From Bacillus pinisoli (GTDB lineage Bacteria > Bacillota > Bacilli > Bacillales > SA4): a stretch of DNA of 24,000 bases. A program made the position numbers and the translations under genes. This document shows positions 9,277-16,041 of this stretch, in pieces. The DNA lies in assembly GCF_023036475.1 (NCBI RefSeq), contig NZ_JAJQKI010000007.1, forward strand, positions 60,114-84,113, given 5' to 3'. Each line of letters opens with the position of its first letter. The first letter of the stretch is position 1. A model generated the notes under the pieces. The model was not told the origin of the DNA, searched no databases, and worked only from the letters and a program-made list of their open reading frames with translations.

Positions 9277-10278
9277 ATGAAACAGAAGGAGGTGTTCACC
9301 ATTACAGGTAAAGTAATTGAAATACAGTCTTTAAGTAAACAATTTAAGTCAACAGAGCTGTTCAAGGAAGTAAGTTTAGTTATAGAACCTTCAGAAATTA
9401 TAAGTATTGTTGGACCCTCAGGTACAGGTAAGTCGACCTTTTTAAAGTGTATATCAGGTTTAGAATCTGTTACGAAAGGCAAGGTTTTAAGTGGAGGGAC
9501 TGATTTAACAAATGAACCAGCAAATAAGAGGCCATTTGTCATGATGTTTCAACAATCTTTATTATTTCCACATATGACTTTGAAGGAGAACGTTGAGTAT
9601 GGACTGCTTTTTTCAAAAATGCCAACTGAAGAGAGAAACAAAGTAGTAGAAGAATTTTTAAAGAAGGTTGACTTAGATTCTTACGCTGAAGCTTATCCAC
9701 ATGAACTATCTGGTGGTCAAAAACAACGTGCAGCCTTAGCACGCGCACTCATCCTTAAACCTGACCTACTCTTATTAGATGAGCCCTTTAGCAGTTTAGA
9801 TAAAGAGTTACGACAACAGCTAAGAATATGGGTAAAAACAATGATAAAAGAACAAGAAGTCTCAGCTATATTTGTTACTCATGATATGGAGGAAGCTATG
9901 ATCATGGGTGATCGTATCGCAGTGTTTGCAAATGGTGGTATACAGCAGATTGGACATCCAGAGGAGTTGCATTACCATCCTAAAAATAAATATGTAGCAA
10001 AATACTTCTCGGAAGGTGTGCTAATTGACGAAAACCGTTTTGTACATGTCAATAAATTAACTATGCAGGAGAAAAAGGAATTCTATCTTTCATGGAAAGG
10101 TAAGGTTGCAAACTCTTTTTATAAGCATGGACTTACTTATGTGTCGATCTTTATTGAAGAACTAGATCAATCAATAATGATGACTAGTCAAGATAAAATA
10201 GAAAAAAATAGCGAAATTACGATCGGAGTATTAAAAGAAGAAGATTTAATACTCTTTGAAAAGGCGATGAAACAATGA
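9277..10278 (+). CDS. ABC transporter ATP-binding protein with a C-terminal extension (YnjD/PotA-FbpC-like)
   Basis: Walker A GPSGTGKST, Q-loop MMFQQ, signature LSGGQKQR, Walker B LLLLDEPFSSLD and H-loop VTHDM are present. A ~100-aa C-terminal domain resembles TOBE-type regulatory domains. The start is uncertain; see the finding at 9277-9303. Confidence 0.85.
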   Translation: MKQKEVFTITGKVIEIQSLSKQFKSTELFKEVSLVIEPSEIISIVGPSGTGKSTFLKCISGLESVTKGKVLSGGTDLTNEPANKRPFVMMFQQSLLFPHMTLKENVEYGLLFSKMPTEERNKVVEEFLKKVDLDSYAEAYPHELSGGQKQRAALARALILKPDLLLLDEPFSSLDKELRQQLRIWVKTMIKEQEVSAIFVTHDMEEAMIMGDRIAVFANGGIQQIGHPEELHYHPKNKYVAKYFSEGVLIDENRFVHVNKLTMQEKKEFYLSWKGKVANSFYKHGLTYVSIFIEELDQSIMMTSQDKIEKNSEITIGVLKEEDLILFEKAMKQ

Positions 10279-10940
10279 AAAATCCAAAGGGAGCAGTAAA
10301 AATTGGCATAGTGGTGGTTATAGTCATGGTGCTTATCTGGTTTAATCAAAACTATCTTTCAATTGAACCTCAGTCCATTCGTAAGTGGATTTTATCTTTT
10401 GGTATACTTTCTCCTATTATTTATATTTTGTTGTACACAGTAAGACCGATTGTATTGTTTCCCGCTTCGTTATTATCATTATCTGCGGGTCTAGCGTTTG
10501 GTCCTTTGTGGGGCACTGTATATACCATTATTGGAGCCACTGGTGGAGCAGTCCTTGCCTTCTTTATATCTAGGAAGCTTGGCAAAAGTTTTCAGAAGAA
10601 AGAATGGAAAGGTCGAAAAGAAGTGATTGAAAAACAGTTAACACAAAATGGATTTTTATATGTCTTATTACTTAGACTCATTCCACTTTTTAATTTTGAT
10701 ATGATTAGTTATTTGTCAGGTTTATCGAAAGTAAAATTTTCACATTTCGTTATAGCAACCATCATTGGGATTATTCCAGGGACTTTTGCTTACAATTTCC
10801 TAGGTTCAAGCCTACTAGCCTCTTCTTGGTGGGTCATTACTATAGCTATTATCTTGTTTGCAACGGTAACGATTGTCCCTCTTCTAATTAGTTCAACACT
10901 TAGAGAAAAACTTGGTTTTTCCAAGAATGGAGATCAATAA
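10275..10940 (+). CDS. TVP38/TMEM64 (DedA-related, YdjX/YdjZ-like) membrane protein
   Basis: ATGA start/stop overlap with the ATPase gene. The family core VRPIVLFPASLLSLSAGLAFGPLWGTVYTIIGATGGAVLAFFISRKLG is present, with multiple TM segments. Confidence 0.8.
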   Translation: MKNPKGAVKIGIVVVIVMVLIWFNQNYLSIEPQSIRKWILSFGILSPIIYILLYTVRPIVLFPASLLSLSAGLAFGPLWGTVYTIIGATGGAVLAFFISRKLGKSFQKKEWKGRKEVIEKQLTQNGFLYVLLLRLIPLFNFDMISYLSGLSKVKFSHFVIATIIGIIPGTFAYNFLGSSLLASSWWVITIAIILFATVTIVPLLISSTLREKLGFSKNGDQ

Positions 10941-10941
10941 C

Positions 10942-11523
10942 ATGCTTGATACACATGGACGGAGATATGTGCAACCAATCATTGGTCGTGCGGCAAAAAT
11001 CTTATTAAAAATAGGTTTAACACCTAACCAAGTAACTTTTATTTCATTCTTAATCGGTGCTTCCTCAGGCGTATTTTATTATTTCAGTTATCCATGGTTA
11101 GCGGTATTTGTTCTATGGCTATCCGGATTTCTAGATGCAGTCGATGGAACTATGGCAAGGGAGACCGAAACATCTCCTTTTGGCACAGTGATGGATGTTA
11201 CATTTGATCGATTAGTAGAAATTAGTGTCATACTAGGTATCGCCTTTGTTTACCCGGAAATCCAGTGGGCGCTTTTACTGTTAAGTGTTTCAATTATTTT
11301 TTCAATTACTATTTTTTTAACGGTTGGTGCGGTTTCAGAGAGACAAGGTATGAAAAGTTTTTATTATCAAGCGGGATTAGCTGAAAGAACAGAAGGATTT
11401 ATTTTCCTCACTTTAATGATGGTCCTACCTAAATATGTATTAATCATTACATTGTTGTTTTTTGTTATTGAAGTATTTACAGGTTGTCAAAGGTTCTTGG
11501 AGGCTAAGAGAATATTAAGATAG
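10942..11523 (+). CDS. CDP-alcohol phosphatidyltransferase family protein (YnjF-like, ~194 aa)
   Basis: Signature DGTMAR-x7-G-x3-D-x3-D (DAVDGTMARETETSPFGTVMDVTFD). I prefer ATG 10942 (GGAG at 10929-10932, 9-nt spacing) over TTG 10912 or ATG 10927. It starts 1 nt after the TVP38 stop and is a polytopic membrane protein. Confidence 0.8.
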   Translation: MLDTHGRRYVQPIIGRAAKILLKIGLTPNQVTFISFLIGASSGVFYYFSYPWLAVFVLWLSGFLDAVDGTMARETETSPFGTVMDVTFDRLVEISVILGIAFVYPEIQWALLLLSVSIIFSITIFLTVGAVSERQGMKSFYYQAGLAERTEGFIFLTLMMVLPKYVLIITLLFFVIEVFTGCQRFLEAKRILR

Positions 11524-11576
11524 ATTTTAAGGATATTGAGATAAATAAAGGTTCAAACACAAGGGAGAGTTTATTT

Positions 11577-13004
11577 ATGAAGAAGTACGATCTCATTGTC
11601 ATAGGTGGTGGTGCTGGGGGATTAACAGTAGCTGCTGGAGCCGCTTCATTAGGTGCAAAAGTTGCATTAATAGATAAAGAAGAACAATTAGGCGGAGATT
11701 GTTTACACTATGGATGTATTCCATCAAAAGCATTAATTGAAACAGCAAAAATAGTACATGACACTCATAAAGCTACACAACTTGGACTAAAAGTGGAAGG
11801 TTCTGTCAATATGGAGCAAGTTAAACAAAGAACCATGGCCGCGATTCAATTGATACAGAAACATGATAGCGTAGATCGTTTTCAACAACTTGGTATAGAT
11901 GTTTATAGGGGAAAAGGTAGTTTCAAATCTTCTCAAGAAGTAAGAGTTAGCGATGGCCATGTCCTTCATGGAAAGAGAGTGGTGATTTCTACTGGTTCCA
12001 GACCTTTTATACCACCTATTAAAGGATTAAAAGAAGCAGGCTTCATAACAAATGAATCCATTTTTAACTTAGATTATGTACCTAAAAACCTACTAGTTGT
12101 CGGCGGTGGTCCTATCGGTTTAGAGTTGGCACAAGCAATGGCAAGACTTGGTAGTAATGTGACGGTGGTAGAACGTTCTTCTGACATTTTACTCCGTGAA
12201 GACTATGAAATTAGAAAAACAGCTCGTCATTTGCTCTCTAAGGAGATGACCATTCTCACTAATTCTAATGTAGAAAAAGTAGAAGTAATTGAACAGGAAA
12301 AAATAGTGACGGTTCATAGAGAGAAAGAGCATATTGAACTCAAAGTAGATGAAATCCTGGTTGCAGTTGGTAGGGTTCCTAATTCAGATTCACTAGAACT
12401 ACAAAATGCCAACATTAATTCAGACGATCGAGGGTTTATAAAAGTGAACAATTATCTGCAAACTAATATACCTTCGATTTACGCAATTGGAGATGTAGTA
12501 GGAACCATGCCGTTTACTCATGTTGCCGGTATGGAAGGAAAGTTAATTGTCCAAAATGCTGTCTTAGGTTTAAAAAGAAAGGCAAATTATGAATCAATTC
12601 CATGGAATACCTATACAGCACCAGAAATATTCCATTTAGGGTTAACAGAAGAAGAAGCTAAATCCAAGAAGATATCTTATAAAGTCTTTAAAGTCGATTT
12701 AAATGATGTCGATCGGTTTGTATCAGATCATGACATGAGCGGTTTTGTGAAAATATTAACGGATCAAAAAGGTTTTATCATTGGCGCCCATGCAATTGGA
12801 AAGGGTGCTGGAGACTGGATGCAAGAGGTAGTACTAGCTAAACAGTTTAGAAGGAAGTTAAGAGATATATCTCAAGTGATTCATCCATATCCAAATCATG
12901 CAGCAGCTGTACAACGAGCGGCGGATTTATATTGGAGAGAGGCCTTATTTACAGGCTGGATTCCGAAAATCGTTAAAATGTATGTAAAGTGGTTTAGATC
13001 ATAA
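11577..13004 (+). CDS. Class I FAD-dependent pyridine nucleotide-disulfide oxidoreductase (Lpd/MerA-like fold, function unknown)
   Basis: GGGAGAG RBS 7 nt upstream. FAD motif VIGGGAGG, redox-active disulfide GGDCLHYGCIPSK, NAD(P) motif VVGGGPIGLE and the AIGDV motif are present. It lacks an NmerA domain and a C-terminal Cys pair. The C-terminal HPYPNH lacks the Lpd His-Glu spacing. Confidence 0.85.
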   Translation: MKKYDLIVIGGGAGGLTVAAGAASLGAKVALIDKEEQLGGDCLHYGCIPSKALIETAKIVHDTHKATQLGLKVEGSVNMEQVKQRTMAAIQLIQKHDSVDRFQQLGIDVYRGKGSFKSSQEVRVSDGHVLHGKRVVISTGSRPFIPPIKGLKEAGFITNESIFNLDYVPKNLLVVGGGPIGLELAQAMARLGSNVTVVERSSDILLREDYEIRKTARHLLSKEMTILTNSNVEKVEVIEQEKIVTVHREKEHIELKVDEILVAVGRVPNSDSLELQNANINSDDRGFIKVNNYLQTNIPSIYAIGDVVGTMPFTHVAGMEGKLIVQNAVLGLKRKANYESIPWNTYTAPEIFHLGLTEEEAKSKKISYKVFKVDLNDVDRFVSDHDMSGFVKILTDQKGFIIGAHAIGKGAGDWMQEVVLAKQFRRKLRDISQVIHPYPNHAAAVQRAADLYWREALFTGWIPKIVKMYVKWFRS

Positions 13005-13007
13005 CAA

Positions 13008-13034
13008 ATGAGTGAGTACATGATACTCACTCAT
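13008..13034. terminator. Terminator-like hairpin without a clean U-tract, in a convergent spacer
   Basis: 11-bp perfect stem ATGAGTGAGTA / TACTCACTCAT with a 5-nt loop, starting 4 nt after the reductase stop. The flanks are only moderately T-rich on either strand. Confidence 0.4.
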
Positions 13035-13070
13035 AAATCTTGGCTGTTTTCGTATAGATTGTTGCTTTGC

Positions 13071-13098
13071 GTAAAAATCCCAAAAGCCGGATTTTTAC
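13071..13098. other. 10-bp perfect hairpin (GTAAAAATCC / GGATTTTTAC)
   Basis: Seen directly. The loop is 8 nt and there is no adjacent U-tract on either strand. It lies between convergent genes. Confidence 0.3.
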
Positions 13099-13232
13099 CT
13101 TAGTATCTAGATACTTCTATACATAAAGAGAGTTGCTCTTTTCTGATTCTACCTCGATTTGCTTCTAAAACCGGTTATATACCCAGAATAATTGTACTAA
13201 AAGCAACAAAGTTTTAGAAAAGAGCCTAAATT

Positions 13233-13913
13233 TTAAAGCTCACTTAATAACTGATTGCTCCGCTCAACATGGATAGAAAGTCGTAAAGTTTTTTTTATGA
13301 TGCCTTCTTTTTTTAGCTGACTCATGATGGCGCTAGTGGTCTCTCTTGAGGAGCCAACCATGTTTGCCACATCTTGATGCGTTAATTTCATTTCAATTGT
13401 TTGCCATTCATTTTTACGTCTACCTGTTTTTTCACTTAGTTTAAGAAGTAAGTAGATAATTCTATATTTCACGTCACCTAGTGCTATTTTTTCACTAAGA
13501 CTGTAAAGATCTTTTAGTCTTGTTGAAAGAATATTAATCAATTTAATAGCTATTTTCGGATTTTTTTCAATGAATGTTTCAAACTCAGCTTTACTAATCA
13601 TGCATAAATACGTTTCTGTCATTGCTTCTGCATACGTATCGTCATCAGTAAGGGCTAAGGATGATGTTTCACCGAATATATTTCCGTCTACTAAAATATC
13701 TAAAGTAAACTGTTTTCCATTTTGATTTGTTTTAAATAATCTTACTTGACCCTTTTTTAACAGAAATAATGCTTCTATTGGTTGTTCAGGAGAGAAAATA
13801 ATTGTTCCTTTTTTGACTGGTTTCATTTCACTCATTTCATCAATTATTTGCAGTTCCTCCATTGGCAATTCATCTAACAAACTAATTTGAGAGAGTAGAA
13901 ATAATTTATCCAT
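13233..13913 (-). CDS. Crp/Fnr family transcriptional regulator
   Basis: N-terminal cNMP-binding-like beta-roll (FSPEQPIEALFLLKKGQVRLF, IFGE) and C-terminal HTH (THQDVANMVGSSRETTSAIMSQLKKEGII). There is no Fnr-type Cys cluster. RBS AGAAGGAA lies 8 nt upstream. Confidence 0.85.
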   Translation of the reverse strand: MDKLFLLSQISLLDELPMEELQIIDEMSEMKPVKKGTIIFSPEQPIEALFLLKKGQVRLFKTNQNGKQFTLDILVDGNIFGETSSLALTDDDTYAEAMTETYLCMISKAEFETFIEKNPKIAIKLINILSTRLKDLYSLSEKIALGDVKYRIIYLLLKLSEKTGRRKNEWQTIEMKLTHQDVANMVGSSRETTSAIMSQLKKEGIIKKTLRLSIHVERSNQLLSEL

Positions 13914-14031
13914 CTAGTTAATTCCTTCTTTCTAATGAAACTAGGTTATTCCTATTATAAAGTATTTTTACAAGATTCGTAGTAAATTAGCTTAGTATTA
14001 AAAGTAGAATCTCTTAGAAGGAGGTAGGAAT

Positions 14032-14265
14032 ATGGAGTATGTGTTATTTACAATGAATGGATGTTTAAAGTGTTTAGAAGCGAAGAAATTGCTAAACGAA
14101 TATCGTTATTCTTATATTGAGAAAAATATTCTTCTAGACGTTGATGCAAGGATAGAGTTATTGAAACATGTAAACGAATTAGTCGCACCTGTTCTACTAA
14201 ATCTAAAGAATAATCAAGTGCTATTATGGCATGAATTAAAAAACCAGAAGACGATATGTGAATAA
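14032..14265 (+). CDS. Glutaredoxin/NrdH-like small thioredoxin-fold protein (CxxC = CLKC)
   Basis: AAGGAGG at 14019-14025. The pattern VLFTMNGCLKCLEAKKLL ... VAPVLL fits beta1-CxxC-alpha1 plus the cis-Pro loop of glutaredoxin-like proteins. It is transcribed divergently from the Crp/Fnr gene. Confidence 0.65.
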   Translation: MEYVLFTMNGCLKCLEAKKLLNEYRYSYIEKNILLDVDARIELLKHVNELVAPVLLNLKNNQVLLWHELKNQKTICE

Positions 14266-14278
14266 TCATCTTCTGGTT
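14236..14278 (-). terminator. Terminator of the minus-strand FAD oxidoreductase gene, embedded in the 3' end of the grx-like CDS
   Basis: 14-bp stem AACCAGAAGACGAT (14242-14255) / ATCATCTTCTGGTT (14265-14278) with one mismatch. The A-run at 14238-14243 gives a U-tract on the minus-strand transcript only. Confidence 0.6.
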
Positions 14279-14288
14279 AGGTAAACAC

Positions 14289-15374
14289 TTAACTCTTAAA
14301 TGTTTGGATAAAGTTCTGATCAATTTTATTTTTAAGATACCATGCTAAGCTATGGTGAAAATAGTATTTGTTATACAATAATAATCCCTCTTTTTGACCT
14401 GTTGAAATAATGGACAAATAGTTCTTTTGTGGTTGAAAAGATGTTAAAGGTTCATCGTTTACACAAGCTATGATATTATTCCAAAGAATAGGACTTTGCC
14501 TAACAGCATATACACCGTTTTTAGGGAGACTTTTATAATTCATTAGAGTTACACAGTCACCAGCACCGAATATAAAAGGGTACTGCTCATTTTGTAAATA
14601 CTGGTTTACAAGTAGGAAGTTATCTGAGCTCACTTGTAGGTTAGAATGCTTAAAGAGTAACGGAGCTTTGGGACCCGTTAGCCATAACAAACCATTATGA
14701 CTTATGGCTAAGCCTGATTCCGTTTTGACTTTACTTTCATTAACATAGGAGACACGTTCATGTTCATAAATATGAACTTCTTTTTTTCGTGCTAAATCTT
14801 TTACCACATTCGTGATTTTTTTTGGGTAGTTACTTAACAACTGATTGGAGCAAATTAGTGTTACGTTTGACTGAATTTGATTTCGTCGTTGATAGGCCTT
14901 AATCGAAAGGGCTAATTCTAAAGCGGATGCTCCACCACCTACAATGATTGGTTGTTCCTTTACCCTCAACTTATTTATACTTTCAGGATACATAAACGTT
15001 GGTTTTATTGGATAAATATTATCAATAAAATTAGGGGGATTTTCACCGATGGATCCTATATCAAATGAAACGATGTCAAAATACACTTTTCTTCCAGAAG
15101 AGCATTCAATATATTTAAGATTAGGTTCTATTTTACCTACATATTCTTCAATAAATTCAATAGAAGGGTGAATGGTAAACTTGCGTATATCTATCCTGAT
15201 CTCGTCAATAGAATAGAGACCCTCTGAGTATCCAGAAAACATTCCAGAATAATATTGAAATGGAGAAGGGGATATGACGATAAACTTAATACCATTTAAG
15301 TCTTTTTCTTCTTTGATCTTTTTTAGGCAATATAAATGGGCATGTCCAGCACCAACTAACACAATAGTCTTCAT
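14289..15374 (-). CDS. FAD-dependent pyridine nucleotide-disulfide oxidoreductase of the GxGHAH type (resembles TIGR03169, the 'N-terminal to SelD' family)
   Basis: N-terminal MKTIVLVGAGHAH, followed by YYSGMFSGYSEGLYSIDEIRIDIRKF. A second dinucleotide motif IIVGGGASALELA and a late GAGDC motif are present. RBS AGGAGG is upstream. The family assignment is from memory of family motifs. Confidence 0.75.
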   Translation of the reverse strand: MKTIVLVGAGHAHLYCLKKIKEEKDLNGIKFIVISPSPFQYYSGMFSGYSEGLYSIDEIRIDIRKFTIHPSIEFIEEYVGKIEPNLKYIECSSGRKVYFDIVSFDIGSIGENPPNFIDNIYPIKPTFMYPESINKLRVKEQPIIVGGGASALELALSIKAYQRRNQIQSNVTLICSNQLLSNYPKKITNVVKDLARKKEVHIYEHERVSYVNESKVKTESGLAISHNGLLWLTGPKAPLLFKHSNLQVSSDNFLLVNQYLQNEQYPFIFGAGDCVTLMNYKSLPKNGVYAVRQSPILWNNIIACVNDEPLTSFQPQKNYLSIISTGQKEGLLLYNKYYFHHSLAWYLKNKIDQNFIQTFKS

Positions 15375-15465
15375 ATCATCCTCCTGCCACTACTACGGAC
15401 TTAAAAGAAATAGCCGCCTGATTCTTAAAAAATCAAGAAGTAATCCTCTTTTACTACCTAGAGAG

Positions 15466-15481
15466 TTGTGTTTAAACACAA
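15466..15481. promoter_or_regulatory. Perfect 16-bp palindrome TTGTGTTTAAACACAA (TGTG-N6-CACA core), candidate Crp/Fnr-family operator
   Basis: Seen directly. It lies in the 308-bp divergent region between the FAD oxidoreductase gene (start 15374, minus) and the DsrE-like gene (start 15683, plus). The geometry matches the TGTGA-N6-TCACA class of Crp/Fnr sites. Confidence 0.45.
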
Positions 15482-15682
15482 AATTTTCTTATTCAATCAT
15501 ACTAAGAAACACTAAATGATTTCTGTAACCTATCTTACATAAATTTTAACGTGGAGTATAGATGACTTTTCGATACGAGCTTTGCAAAAGAAGTGTTAAA
15601 AATGTAAGGTAACTTACTGATTGCAGAGTGAAAAAGTAATAGAATTAACAATGAAATTAAAACTAATTAAGGAGTGAGATTT

Positions 15683-16036
15683 GTGAAGAAATTTGCAATC
15701 TTCGTACATGCATCTGAAACTGAAGGAGCTAAAGCATTACATTCGTTATTATATGCACAAGAGCTTCATGAAGCAGGTCATCAAGTAAAAGTTATTTTTG
15801 ATGGAGCGGGAACCGTCTGGGTTAAATTGTTTGAAGACCCGCATCACAAATTTAATCCATTATACAAAGTAGTAAAAAAACTTGGAGTCATTGAAGGCGT
15901 CTGTGAGTTTTGCGCTGGCGCATACGGTGTAAATGAAGAAGTTAAGCAATCCGGACATGTCTCATTGGGTGACATTAATGGACATCCGAGTTTAGTCAAG
16001 TTTATCGAAGAAGGGTATCAAATTATAACATTATAA
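15683..16036 (+). CDS. DsrE/DsrF-like (sulfur-relay fold) small protein
   Basis: I prefer GTG 15683 (AAGGAG at 15669-15674, 8-nt spacing) over the track start at 15674. It is ~117 aa, with FAIFVHASE...KVIFDGAGTVW and a conserved-looking Cys pair VCEFCAGAYG, typical of the small DsrE-like architecture. Confidence 0.65.
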   Translation: MKKFAIFVHASETEGAKALHSLLYAQELHEAGHQVKVIFDGAGTVWVKLFEDPHHKFNPLYKVVKKLGVIEGVCEFCAGAYGVNEEVKQSGHVSLGDINGHPSLVKFIEEGYQIITL

Positions 16037-16041
16037 GTAAC

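Noticed and set aside
11577-13004. Calling the FAD disulfide reductase mercuric reductase (merA) or dihydrolipoyl dehydrogenase (lpd).
   Set aside because: - It has no NmerA domain, no C-terminal Cys-Cys pair, and no merR/merT/merP context.
- It has no E1/E2 dehydrogenase-complex genes nearby and an atypical C-terminal His region.
13116-13135. Weak resemblance of ACTTCTATACATAAAG to the start of the Bacillus dif site (ACTTCCTAGAATATATATTATGTAAACT).
   Set aside because: - Only the first five bases match well.
- The XerD arm TTATGTAAACT is absent.
13059-13209. 10-bp inverted repeat TTGTTGCTTT (13059-13068) / AAAGCAACAA (13200-13209) bracketing the convergent spacer, which could mark the ends of a MITE-like element.
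   Set aside because: - The match does not extend beyond 10 bp on either side.
- There are no target-site duplications.
- A chance match in AT-rich sequence cannot be excluded without genome-wide copy counts.
15274-15519. 81-aa ORF spanning the oxidoreductase 5' end and its promoter region.
   Set aside because: - It is antisense to the oxidoreductase N-terminal FAD-binding codons.
- It crosses the palindrome and has no SD.
15604-15617. GTAAG-GTAA-CTTAC (5-4-5 inverted repeat) about 66 nt upstream of the DsrE-like start, which has Fnr-like geometry.
   Set aside because: - The arms are only 5 bp, with no resemblance to TTGAT/ATCAA half-sites.
- It could easily arise by chance in AT-rich DNA.
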